The notes beneath the pieces were generated by a model. It was given only the letters and a program-made list of their open reading frames with translations, searched no databases and had not been told where the DNA came from. Position numbers and translations under genes: made by a program. This document shows, one piece after another, positions 46,230-55,421 of a DNA stretch of 64,000 nucleotides. Each line of letters begins with the position of its first letter. The first letter of the stretch is position 1. This DNA comes from an uncultured Nitrososphaerales archaeon. GTDB lineage: Archaea > Thermoproteota > Nitrososphaeria > Nitrososphaerales > Gagatemarchaeaceae. The stretch covers positions 1,408,001 to 1,472,000 of the forward strand of contig OY970160.1 of NCBI GenBank assembly GCA_963706445.1, in the 5' to 3' direction.

Positions 46230-48571
46230 GCGAGCAGGTCTCTCAGCTTCTCGACTCGCTCAGGGAGAAGGCGGCGAAGGGGGAGCTCCTATACATAGGG
46301 GAGAACATAGCCAGGGTCGACTCCCTGGAGAAGGTCCTGGGGAAGCCGGTCTACACCGCCGACCTCATCCCCAAGGGGACCCTGTACGCGAAACTCTTCC
46401 ACTCCTCGGTGCCCCATGGGACGATCAGGGCGATGGAGCTGGGCGCCGCGAAGGCCTACCCGGGGGTCCTTGGGGTGCTGACCTGGAGGGACATCCCTGG
46501 GCTCAACCAGTCCTCGGCCGTGCTCCCTGACAGGCAGCTCTTCGCCGAGCCGGTGGTGCGTTCGACGGCAGACATTCTGGGGGCTGTAGTTGCGGAGACG
46601 TTACCTGCGGCCACGGAGGCGGCGTCGAGGGTCAGGGTCGAGTACACCCCGATCCCTGCCAACTACGACCCGATGGAAGCGCTGAGGCCGGACGCCTACA
46701 AGATCCATCCGAAGGGGAACATAGCGAGGCAGATGAAAATCAGGAAGGGGAACGTCGAAGACGGGTTTGCGAAGTCAGATGTGATCATCGAGAAGACGTA
46801 CAAGACGCAGTTCCAGGACGCGACCCCCCTGGAGCCAGAGGTGGGGCTCGCCATCCCCGAGGACGGCGGGGTCAAGGTCATAGGCTCGATGCAGAGCCCT
46901 CATCACACTCAGGCTGCGGTCGCCAAGGTCATCGGCCTCCCCCCGGAGAAGGTGCACGTTATACAGGCCATCACCGGGGGAGCCTTCGGGCCGAAGTCGG
47001 ACGAGACGCCCTTCGACGTGTGTTCCACGGCAGCCCTCGCGGCGATGAAGTACAGGCGTCCGGTCTTCTGCGGCCTGGACAGGGAGGACTCCATGGTCAT
47101 GCACACCAAGAGGCACCCCTTCGTCATCAGCCACAAGACAGGGGTGACGTCTGATGGGATGCTGGTGGCCGATGAGTCCATGATAGTCGGAGACACCGGA
47201 GCCTATGCGTCCCTGGGGGTGTTCGTGATCGTGCGTGCGACGTTCCACACGGTGGGGGCCTACGAAGTCCCCAACGTAAAGGCGGACTCCTACCTCGTCT
47301 ACACCAACAACACCTACACTGGGAGCCTGAGGGGGTTCGGAGGGCCCCAGGCGCTGTTCGCCATTGAGAGCCAGATGGAGGAGCTGGCCCGCAAGCTCGG
47401 GATGGACCCGCTGGAGTTCAGGCTGAGGAACATGCTGGTCCCCGGGAAGAAGAACGCTACTTCGGCGGTCATGGACGCCAGCTGCGGACTCCCCGAGTGC
47501 GTCGAGAAGGTGGTAGCATCGAGCAACTATTGGGAGAAGGCAGCGAGGTACCGCGATCAGACGGGGAGCGTCAGGCGGGGGCTGGGCATCGCGCTTCTGA
47601 TGCACGGCAACTCGCTCGGACCAGAGGGGAACGACTACGGGGCGGTCCACATGGAAATCGAATCTGACGGGACAGTGTCGGTCGGGACAGGGCTCACCGA
47701 ATACGGGACTGGTGCGATCTCCGGGCTGATGCAGGTCGCTTCCAGCATACTGGGGGTGCCGCTGACAAGGTTCAAGCTCGAGCGTCCGGACACCACCAAG
47801 CACAGGGAGAGCGGCCCGACCGTCGCGTCCAGAGTGGTCGTGATAGGTGGGAACGCCGCCATGAAAGCTGCCGAGAAGCTGAAGGGCACCCTGATGCCCC
47901 TTGCGGCGCAGATGCTGAAAGCAAGCCCCGGGGACGTGGCGTTGGTAGACGGGGTCGCCTTCGACCGACAGAATCCATCCGCGACCCTGGCCTGGAATGA
48001 CCTCGTCGCGGAAGCGTACAGGAGGGGGCTGAACCTGAAGGAGGAGGGGTTCTACATGGCTCCGGCGGCGCCATGGGACACGGAGTCGGGCCAGGGGACC
48101 CCCTACGTGCAGTACACCTGGGGAGCCCTGATTGCGGAGGTGGAGGTGGACACAGAAACTGGCTACTACAAAGTGGTGGGGGTCCACACTGCCTACGACG
48201 TCGGCAAGGCGGTCAACCCCGCTGGCGTCCTGGGCCAGATATACGGCGGCACCGTGCAGGGGCTCGGTTACGCCATGATGGAGGAGCTCATCCACAAGGA
48301 CGGGTTCGTGGTGAACCCCAACCTGGGGGACTACTACATCCCCACGTCGATGGACATCCCTGCAGAGTTCAAGGCGTTCATAGTGGAGGTGCCCGGCCCG
48401 CTGGGACCCTTCGGTGCCAAAATAATCGCCGAGCCCCCCATCGTCCTCCCTGGACCTGCGATCCGGAACGCCGTGCTCAACGCGACAGGCGTCTCCGTGG
48501 ACGAGCTGCCGGTGACCTCCGAAAAGGTCCTGATGGGGTCCAAGGCAAGGCCGTCACCATTGGCGGTTTAG
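46226..48571 (+). CDS. Xdh-family molybdopterin-binding large subunit no. 2 (atypical motifs)
   Basis: GGAFGPK, SLRGFGGPQ, EYGTG, TVASR, AKIIAEPP. TTGA overlap start at 46226. Confidence 0.93.
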   Translation: MSEQVSQLLDSLREKAAKGELLYIGENIARVDSLEKVLGKPVYTADLIPKGTLYAKLFHSSVPHGTIRAMELGAAKAYPGVLGVLTWRDIPGLNQSSAVLPDRQLFAEPVVRSTADILGAVVAETLPAATEAASRVRVEYTPIPANYDPMEALRPDAYKIHPKGNIARQMKIRKGNVEDGFAKSDVIIEKTYKTQFQDATPLEPEVGLAIPEDGGVKVIGSMQSPHHTQAAVAKVIGLPPEKVHVIQAITGGAFGPKSDETPFDVCSTAALAAMKYRRPVFCGLDREDSMVMHTKRHPFVISHKTGVTSDGMLVADESMIVGDTGAYASLGVFVIVRATFHTVGAYEVPNVKADSYLVYTNNTYTGSLRGFGGPQALFAIESQMEELARKLGMDPLEFRLRNMLVPGKKNATSAVMDASCGLPECVEKVVASSNYWEKAARYRDQTGSVRRGLGIALLMHGNSLGPEGNDYGAVHMEIESDGTVSVGTGLTEYGTGAISGLMQVASSILGVPLTRFKLERPDTTKHRESGPTVASRVVVIGGNAAMKAAEKLKGTLMPLAAQMLKASPGDVALVDGVAFDRQNPSATLAWNDLVAEAYRRGLNLKEEGFYMAPAAPWDTESGQGTPYVQYTWGALIAEVEVDTETGYYKVVGVHTAYDVGKAVNPAGVLGQIYGGTVQGLGYAMMEELIHKDGFVVNPNLGDYYIPTSMDIPAEFKAFIVEVPGPLGPFGAKIIAEPPIVLPGPAIRNAVLNATGVSVDELPVTSEKVLMGSKARPSPLAV

Positions 48572-48608
48572 CCGCTAGCGCTGCCGGGTCTCGGATGCTT
48601 TCCAGTCT

Positions 48609-50378
48609 TTATGAAGCGAAGGGCGGGACGAACTTCTGTCCGTCTACGTCGAACATCCCCTTGTCTGTTATCCTGGCGTGAGGGATCACGGAGAGGGGGA
48701 GCAGGTTCGGGAGGGGCATGTAGGGGTGGTCGAGGACTCCCATCCTCCTGAAAGCGCCGCGCAGCCGGACGACCTCCTTTGAGACCCTCGTGACGCTGTG
48801 CTCTGAAATCAGGCCGGCGATCGGGAGCTCCACTAGGGCCAGGGTCTTGAGGTCGAGGACAGCCGCGATGCCTCCGCGGCTCTTAATCACCAGGTTCGCC
48901 GCTGCCCGCATGTCTTCCACGTCCGTCCCCACCACGAGGAGGTTGTGGGAATCGTGGGCTACGGTCGTCGCCATGGCTCCCCGGCGGATAAGATTCCTGA
49001 CGAAGCCGAAGGACCTCCCGCCGTTCCTCCCGTGCCTCTCGAAGACGAAGACTAGTGCGACTTCGCCCAGAGACAGCTTCCCCTTTCTGACCCGCACCTT
49101 CGCTCTGTTCAGTTTGGTCAGGATCATTCTTGCGAAGGCTTCTCCCTTGTCTTCGCGCTTCCCGAAGCCGCTGAAATCTATGGTGTTGACGTCGACAACG
49201 CCGTCGCTAACGGGGGGCCGGACCTCGAAGTCCTTCAGGCTCAGGGGGTTCAGTTTCATCGTCTCTTTGGTCGCAGGATCAAACTCCCTGTCCCCGAGGC
49301 TGACGAGCATCCTCCCGTTTCTCGCGACCAGCGCCCCGTTCGCCACGACGGCCTTGACGTTGAACTTCTTCACGTCGTCGAGGAGGACTATGTCGGCGAC
49401 TTTGCCTGGGGAGATGGAGCCGATGTCGTACCTCCTCATGTGAAGGGCAGGCCTCAGGGTCACGCTCCTCACCGCCTCCACCGGGTCCATGCCAGCCTGG
49501 ATGAACGACCTGCAGACATAGTCGAGATGCCCGAACCTCGTGAGGTTATCGGGGAGGACGTCGTCGGTGCATAGGATCAGGTTGTACGGGTGCGGGATGC
49601 CACGGAGCGCTTTGACGAACTTCCTCGGTTCTAGGATGTAGGGCCCCCTCAGCTTGACGTACAGCCCCAGCCTCAGCTTCTCCAGCATGGCCTCCACGGT
49701 GAAGTTCTCGTGGTCTGCTTCGGCCCCGGACGCGACGTATGCGTTGAGTTCGAGCCCCGTGAGGAGTGGAGCATGGCCGTCCACGACCGCCCCGTGCTCT
49801 TCGCCGACCTGGAGTATCCTCATCATCTTCTCGCCCCCGTTCAGCACCGCTGTGTAGTCCATCACCTCACCAAGGCCCCACACGCCCTTCCAGCCGAGCA
49901 TCTCCTCGATGTCGCCGGGGGTGAGCTCAGCACCGGCGGTCACCGCATCCGACTCGGGGACGCAGGTCGGGGCGAAATAGAACTGCTTCTGAGGGAGTCC
50001 CCGGCTGTCTTTGATCATCGCCTTCACCCCCTCCTTTCCCATTACGTTCGCGATTTCATGAGGGTCGGCGAAAGCCGTCGTAAGGCCGTGCGGGAGGGTG
50101 GCCGCGGCGAACTTCGAGGGAGTCACCATGCTGCTCTCGATGTGTAGGTGAGAGTCGATGAGCCCGGGAACCGCGACCTTGCCTCTGCCATCTATCGAGC
50201 GGGCGGCGGGGGGGCATCCCGAAGGGTTGCCTACGTAGACGATTCTGTCCCTGTATACCCCGATCGATGCGTCCTGCATCTCGCCTGTGAAGACGTTGAA
50301 CAGGGTCGTGTTGCGGATGGCGAGCGTTAGCTCTTTCTTTCCTAACGCGGCAGAGATGTAATCGATACGGGCCGACAT
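48609..50378 (-). CDS. ade: adenine deaminase (AdeC type)
   Basis: PGLIDSHLHIESS, DPHEIANV, GEVM, DGHAP, DHE, CTDD, ERHG, VAHDSHN. Confidence 0.95.
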   Translation of the reverse strand: MSARIDYISAALGKKELTLAIRNTTLFNVFTGEMQDASIGVYRDRIVYVGNPSGCPPAARSIDGRGKVAVPGLIDSHLHIESSMVTPSKFAAATLPHGLTTAFADPHEIANVMGKEGVKAMIKDSRGLPQKQFYFAPTCVPESDAVTAGAELTPGDIEEMLGWKGVWGLGEVMDYTAVLNGGEKMMRILQVGEEHGAVVDGHAPLLTGLELNAYVASGAEADHENFTVEAMLEKLRLGLYVKLRGPYILEPRKFVKALRGIPHPYNLILCTDDVLPDNLTRFGHLDYVCRSFIQAGMDPVEAVRSVTLRPALHMRRYDIGSISPGKVADIVLLDDVKKFNVKAVVANGALVARNGRMLVSLGDREFDPATKETMKLNPLSLKDFEVRPPVSDGVVDVNTIDFSGFGKREDKGEAFARMILTKLNRAKVRVRKGKLSLGEVALVFVFERHGRNGGRSFGFVRNLIRRGAMATTVAHDSHNLLVVGTDVEDMRAAANLVIKSRGGIAAVLDLKTLALVELPIAGLISEHSVTRVSKEVVRLRGAFRRMGVLDHPYMPLPNLLPLSVIPHARITDKGMFDVDGQKFVPPFAS

Positions 50379-50507
50379 TATGGACTTTTGAGGTGGCTGT
50401 CTAATAAGAATTGGGAGAAAATCGGCAATTCCGTGGCCCTCTGATAGTTCACGTCGGGGTCATAGGGGACGATTGGAGGATTGTACGCGTCGGCCAGCTG
50501 CGGATGC

Positions 50508-50675
50508 CTAGTATCCGATTTCAGAACTGGGTCGCAGATGGCGCATCGATTTGACCCGGCCGCACCGCTTGCACTTGTACAACCCCCTTCCTCGCGGGTT
50601 GTAGTCCCTGGTGTCCACTATCGCCTCGTGCTCGGTCCGCATCATGCATTTTTCGCAGTAGCGATAGTCTGACAT
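50508..50675 (-). CDS. 55-aa zinc-ribbon micro-protein
   Basis: Manual translation gives MSDYRYCEKCMMRTEHEAIVDTRDYNPRGRGLYKCKRCGRVKSMRHLRPSSEIGY*. Two CxxC motifs; below the ORF-track cutoff. Confidence 0.7.
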   Translation of the reverse strand: MSDYRYCEKCMMRTEHEAIVDTRDYNPRGRGLYKCKRCGRVKSMRHLRPSSEIGY

Positions 50676-50745
50676 GAACAGAGTTCCGCGAATATCCCAG
50701 TGAAAAAACCTTTATCGAGAATTCAGGCGTTCTGCCTGCGTCAGA

Positions 50746-50949
50746 GTGAACCGCAAGAATTTCCAGATAGGCCTCCTAATGATCATAATTGGGATTCTGC
50801 TCAACTTTGTGGTCTATCTGATTGACCCTTCAGTCTTGTTTGATCAAAACTACTACAATCCTTTCTCCGTAACGGATATTGGGATAATTGCGATTGGAGC
50901 GCTTACTATGGCGTTTTCGTATCATGGGCGACCATCGACCGCGGCTTGA
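50746..50949 (+). CDS. small two-TM membrane protein
   Basis: Two hydrophobic helices; AAAAAACCTTTATC BRE/TATA-like element upstream; AT-rich. Confidence 0.6.
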   Translation: MNRKNFQIGLLMIIIGILLNFVVYLIDPSVLFDQNYYNPFSVTDIGIIAIGALTMAFSYHGRPSTAA

Positions 50950-51095
50950 CGGCGGCCCGGTTCTGTTAACTTGACTGGTGTTCAAGGTTCTCCCCTGTTA
51001 ACTCGCTGGTGCCGAAGGAGTCGGCTCTCGGTAAGTTAACAGAACCGGCGGCCCCCAAGAAAGTATTAAATAGAAAGATTCCAACATTCAGAATA

Positions 51096-51443
51096 ATGCA
51101 AAAATTGCAACCGCTGGTCATGTTCACTCCTCTCGCGAGGCAGAAGATAGGAGAGGTGCTTGAAGAGGAGAAGGCCACTGACCAGTATCTGAAGATAGAG
51201 GTCTATCAGGGCGGGGGATGCGCATGCAGCGGAGGATACCGCTACGCGCTCAGCCTCGAGAAAGAGGCAGCCGAATCGGATGTGGTCGAAGAGGTAAACG
51301 GCCTCAAGATCATGGCCGCAAAGTCGGACGCCGACATGCTCAGGGGCTCGAAGATAGACTTCGTCGACAGCCTCCAGAAGACAGGGTTCAAGATTGAGAA
51401 CCCCAACGTCCACGTAGAAGCCTGCGGCTGCGGCGGACACTAG
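51096..51443 (+). CDS. HesB/IscA-family Fe-S carrier protein
   Basis: GGGCACSGGYRY, GSKIDF, GFKIENPN, ACGCG. TATTAAATA about 25 nt upstream of ATG 51096. Confidence 0.92.
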   Translation: MQKLQPLVMFTPLARQKIGEVLEEEKATDQYLKIEVYQGGGCACSGGYRYALSLEKEAAESDVVEEVNGLKIMAAKSDADMLRGSKIDFVDSLQKTGFKIENPNVHVEACGCGGH

Positions 51444-51501
51444 GCCTTACCGATAGCCTTCGGACAAGAGCTTAAGAGCAGACGGGAATCCGCACATCTC
51501 A

Positions 51502-52827
51502 ATGAAGTACGTGGAAGGCTCGAAGAGAGTCTTTCTCAGTACTGGGACGCGGTTCCCACGAGAGGTTATCTGGGCAGTTGGTGCAATAAAATTCGCGGCG
51601 GCGAAGTCTAACGTTCAGCTCGGACTACTGGACAGGGAAGTCGGGAAAGCGATACAGGCGAAGGCAAAGGAGTTGATGAGGGGTAAGCTTGATTCTCTGG
51701 TCGAAGTGGACGTCTTTCAGACCGGATCCGGCACCGGCCTGAACATGAACGCCAACGAGATTCTAGCAGAGCTAGCATCGAAGGAACTGGGGAAGAAGGT
51801 CCATCCCAACGATCATGTCAACATGAGCCAGTCGTCCAACGATGTGGGGCCGACTGCAATCCGGGTCGCGGCGGCCATGGCTGTGAGCAGGGACCTGGTC
51901 CCAGCGCTCGAGGGAATGAGCAAGAGTTTGAACGCGCTGTCGAGGAAGACTTCGACGGTATACAAGTCAGGTAGGACGCACCTGCGGGATGCGCTCCCGG
52001 TCACCATGGGGCAGGAATTTGGAGCCTATGCGGATGAGTTTACGAGAGATGCTGAACTCGTGGAGAAGACGATGGAGTATCTGCTTGACCTGCCGATCGG
52101 AGGGACGGCGGTCGGGACCGGGCTGAACGCGGACCCGAAGTTCGGAGGGATGGTGGCGAAGGAAGTAGCAGGACTCTCCGGGCTGAAGTTCAGGAGTGCG
52201 AAGAACAAGTTCAGGCCGACGAGGCTCCTGACCGACATGTCCTCCCTCAGCGGCACCATGAGGTCCGTGAGCATCGACCTCTACAGGCTTTGTCAAGACC
52301 TCAGGCTGATGTTCTCAGGACCGCGGACGGGCCTCGGAGAGATAGACATCCCTACCCAGGAGGAGGTTGCAGGGAGCAGCATCATGCCGGGGAAGACGAA
52401 CCCGGTGACTGTCGAGAGCGCGCTGCTCGCCTCCGCGGAAGTGATAGGGCTCGATGGGGCGAACGCCTTCGCGGCATCCCTCGGAGAATTCGAGCTCACC
52501 ATGGGCGTGCCTTTGATGGGATACAATATGGTGCTGCAGGCCAAGCTCTTGTCAGAGGCTCTCCGGAAGCTCTCCTCGCTGGTCATCGATCATGTCGTCC
52601 CCAACAGGCCCAGAGCAAGGGAGTATGCGGAGACAAGCCCTGCGCTCATCACTTTGGTCGCCCCCAAGATAGGATATGACAAGGCCACCCTGTTGGGGAA
52701 GCACATGGCCAAGGGGCTGTCGATCAGGACCGCCCTGAAGAAGCTGGGATTCAGCCAGACCGAGATTGACGACGTGCTCAACCTGGCCCATCTTGTCGAG
52801 CCCGGGATACCCGCGAAGAAGCTGTAG
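51502..52827 (+). CDS. fumC: class II fumarate hydratase / aspartase-family lyase
   Basis: FQTGSGT, HPNDHVNMSQSSND, GRTHLRDA, GGTAVGTG, GSSIMPGKTNP. Confidence 0.9.
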   Translation: MKYVEGSKRVFLSTGTRFPREVIWAVGAIKFAAAKSNVQLGLLDREVGKAIQAKAKELMRGKLDSLVEVDVFQTGSGTGLNMNANEILAELASKELGKKVHPNDHVNMSQSSNDVGPTAIRVAAAMAVSRDLVPALEGMSKSLNALSRKTSTVYKSGRTHLRDALPVTMGQEFGAYADEFTRDAELVEKTMEYLLDLPIGGTAVGTGLNADPKFGGMVAKEVAGLSGLKFRSAKNKFRPTRLLTDMSSLSGTMRSVSIDLYRLCQDLRLMFSGPRTGLGEIDIPTQEEVAGSSIMPGKTNPVTVESALLASAEVIGLDGANAFAASLGEFELTMGVPLMGYNMVLQAKLLSEALRKLSSLVIDHVVPNRPRAREYAETSPALITLVAPKIGYDKATLLGKHMAKGLSIRTALKKLGFSQTEIDDVLNLAHLVEPGIPAKKL

Positions 52828-52855
52828 ACCCGTTTTCAGGCGAAAACTGCCGTAT

Positions 52856-53353
52856 TCAGCGCCGTGCCTTGACCCCGATCTTCTCTATGAGCTTGCCTAG
52901 CTCGGAGTCGTCGGCGGCATCCAGCCTGAGATACCTCAGTATCTCATCCTCTTCCATGCCGAGACGTCTCGCCTCGCCGACTGTCGTCCTGTACGCTTCA
53001 AGCTCCGTCGGCCTGTCGACGTACTCGAAGGCTTGGTCGTAAAGTTCCTTCCCTTCGAGGAACTGCCTGACATGGACGAGGACATGGATCACATCGAGGT
53101 AGAGGAAGTCGCTCTTGGCCGAGGTCAGATGCTTCGAGCCTATGCAGATGGTGCCCGTGTTCCTGTCGAGCCAGAGCCCGGAGTCGCTGCGCTCCACCCT
53201 GAGCTTGAGGTGCTTCATTATCTTGGTCATCTCGGACTTCGAGCCGAAGACCTTGATCATGGCGGAGGAGGATTCGAGGCCGGCGAAGACCTCAGACAGC
53301 TTGTACTCTCCGACCGCCGAGCTCCGCTTGACGTGGAATGACTTCGCACGCAA
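52856..53353 (-). CDS. hypothetical zincin-like protein with degenerate HExxH (HVLVH)
   Basis: YLDVIHVLVHVRQ..G..L....YVDRPTELEAY. Confidence 0.7.
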   Translation of the reverse strand: MRAKSFHVKRSSAVGEYKLSEVFAGLESSSAMIKVFGSKSEMTKIMKHLKLRVERSDSGLWLDRNTGTICIGSKHLTSAKSDFLYLDVIHVLVHVRQFLEGKELYDQAFEYVDRPTELEAYRTTVGEARRLGMEEDEILRYLRLDAADDSELGKLIEKIGVKARR

Positions 53354-53504
53354 TACGAACCTGTGAGAGGGCCAGAGTATCCAAAAGAGCCGAACTCAAA
53401 AAGTAGTATTGCCACGGTGAAGATTGGTTCACACGAGAGGCTGCTTCGGTCGTCCGCAATCCGCGACCACCGTTTTTTAGTGCGTGTGACCCCGGCAGGC
53501 TCCG

Positions 53505-54080
53505 TTGACCCTGGAAGAAGCGTTCAGACAGCTCCCCTCGTTCACCACTAGTCGACTGTTGCTGAGGCCTTTGCAAGAATCTGACGCTGTGGCGATGTTC
53601 GCAATCAAGAGCAACTCGCTGGTGACCACCCCCTACGGAACGGAGCCCCATACTACGCTCGACCAATCGAAGAAATGGATAGGCGAAGTGATCTCGGACT
53701 ATAGGAGAGGGGGCTCGATGACTTGGGTCGTAAGCTTGCGGGGGGCGGACAGGGTGATTGGAAGTTGCTGCTACTGGCATATCGACAAGGAATCTCTGTG
53801 CGCGGAAGTTGGATACGAGCTTTATGCGGAGTACTGGCGAAAGGGGGTGATGTCCGAGGCGCTGGCGCCCGTGCTGGCCTACGGATTCGACGGACTGGGA
53901 TTGCATAGAATCGAAGCGTGCCCCCTCGCAGACAACGCGGCGTCGAACACCCTCCTAGTCAGGTTCGGGTTCAGGCTCGAAGGTACCCTGAGGGAGCGGG
54001 TCCAGTTCAGGGGCCGTTTCATTGATCAGCGATGCTACAGCCTGTTGAATGGAGAACTCAAGTCTGCTCCGCCCCCTTAG
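53505..54080 (+). CDS. RimJ/RimL-type GNAT acetyltransferase
   Basis: TSRLLLRPL, AEVGYEL..YWRKGVMSEA, LHRIEA, NAAS, GFRLEG. Confidence 0.92.
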   Translation: MTLEEAFRQLPSFTTSRLLLRPLQESDAVAMFAIKSNSLVTTPYGTEPHTTLDQSKKWIGEVISDYRRGGSMTWVVSLRGADRVIGSCCYWHIDKESLCAEVGYELYAEYWRKGVMSEALAPVLAYGFDGLGLHRIEACPLADNAASNTLLVRFGFRLEGTLRERVQFRGRFIDQRCYSLLNGELKSAPPP

Positions 54081-54119
54081 TTTATCAGGCATTAGGCGGA
54101 GAAACGCGGGGCGGTCCCA

Positions 54120-55421
54120 TTGATAGCCTCCCTTTCTGGAATCAGAGGGATACCGAACGTAGACATTACATATTCTGACGCTTCAAGATTCGCCGCCAAC
54201 TTCGGAAGGGCGACAGGCTCCAAGGAGTTCCTGATAGCCAGAGATTCGCGGAGCACCGGGCCGGCGATGAGCAGGGCGGCTGCGTCGGGACTGATGTCGT
54301 TGGGAGCCACGGTCTTTGACTACGGGATAATTTCTACTCCGGCGCTTTTCAGGGAGAGCAGGACCAAGAACCTCCCGGCAATAATGGTCACTGCATCACA
54401 CAATGAGCCGGAGTACAACGGTTTGAAGTTCTTGACGAACGGTGCCGGGATTGGAAAGGAGGTCTTTGACAAAGTGACCGCGGAGGAGAAGCCAAGGCAA
54501 GTCGCCTTTGGGCGCGGGACCTCGAAGGCCGCGCCGCGCCCGTCCTACGTGGAGGACCTGCTCGCCCGGTTCGGGGAAGGCTCCTGTGAAGGGGTCAGGG
54601 TGGCGGTCGACATGGGAGGGGGAGCCGCTATCACCCATGCCGTCCCGCTCTTGACGAAGCTCGGGTGCGAAGTCTCGTCCATCAATGATTCTTATGGCGT
54701 CTTCTGCAGGAGGATCGACCCGGTCGCGGACGACCTTGAGATGCTGCGGAACGTGGTCAAGCGGAAGGAGTGTGAAATCGGGCTGGGGTTCGACTGCGAC
54801 GGAGACAGGCTCGTGATCGTCGACGCTGCTGCCAAGAAGAGGACAGGAGACTTCATGCTGGCGCTGGCCCTTTCGGTAATCTTCGCAGATACGGGCGAGA
54901 AGAAGGTCGTGGTCTCCATGGATACGACTCAGGCCATTGACGACGTCGCCAAGAAGTCTGGGGGAGTGGTCTATCGGTCCAAGGTGGGGGAGGCCAACGT
55001 GGTGGCCAAGATGAAAGAGGAAGATGCGAGGCTAGGAGGGGAGGGAAGCAGCGGGGGCCTCATCGACGGCTCGTTCAACTATTGTCGCGATTCCATGCTT
55101 GCTGCGCTTTCGATAATCAGGGCCCTGAAGAGGAAGGGGAGGGGGTTCTACGACTCGGTTCCACTCTACCAGCAGGAGAGGGTGGCGCTCCGTATTCCGA
55201 AAGCCAAGGCGCTCCGGGGGATCAGTAAGCTGGCTGGCAAGTACGAGGGGGCCGACACCACAGATGGGCTCAAGGTGATTCTCCCCCGCAAGTCGTGGGT
55301 GCTTATCCGGCCCTCGGGGACGGAGGATCTGGTCCGGGTTTCGGCGGAGTCAACGACGTCGGAGAAGGCGGGCCAGCTCGCGAGGAGCTTCTCCCAGAAG
55401 CTGAAGGAGCTGAGCGTCTAG
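54120..55421 (+). CDS. phosphohexomutase (PMM/PGM family)
   Basis: SGIRG, TASHN, DCDGDR, GGEGSSGG, RPSGTE. Confidence 0.92.
   Translation: MIASLSGIRGIPNVDITYSDASRFAANFGRATGSKEFLIARDSRSTGPAMSRAAASGLMSLGATVFDYGIISTPALFRESRTKNLPAIMVTASHNEPEYNGLKFLTNGAGIGKEVFDKVTAEEKPRQVAFGRGTSKAAPRPSYVEDLLARFGEGSCEGVRVAVDMGGGAAITHAVPLLTKLGCEVSSINDSYGVFCRRIDPVADDLEMLRNVVKRKECEIGLGFDCDGDRLVIVDAAAKKRTGDFMLALALSVIFADTGEKKVVVSMDTTQAIDDVAKKSGGVVYRSKVGEANVVAKMKEEDARLGGEGSSGGLIDGSFNYCRDSMLAALSIIRALKRKGRGFYDSVPLYQQERVALRIPKAKALRGISKLAGKYEGADTTDGLKVILPRKSWVLIRPSGTEDLVRVSAESTTSEKAGQLARSFSQKLKELSV

Noticed and set aside
46775-48295. Long antisense or alternate-frame ORFs (also 1122-2204, 3372-4463, 10695-11807, 13616-14644)
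   Set aside because: They overlap well-supported genes, lack motifs, and are expected in high-GC coding DNA.
37701-48571. Aerobic CO dehydrogenase (coxMSL) assignment for the two molybdoenzyme triplets
   Set aside because: The active-site loops are AFRGFG and SLRGFG, not AYxCSFR (form I) or AYRGAGR (form II), and the context is nucleobase catabolism.
55419-55421. Pyrrolysine or selenocysteine recoding at in-frame stops (also 60964)
   Set aside because: No pyl or sel genes are in the window, TAA is not recoded, and the PMM ends at its normal C-terminus.
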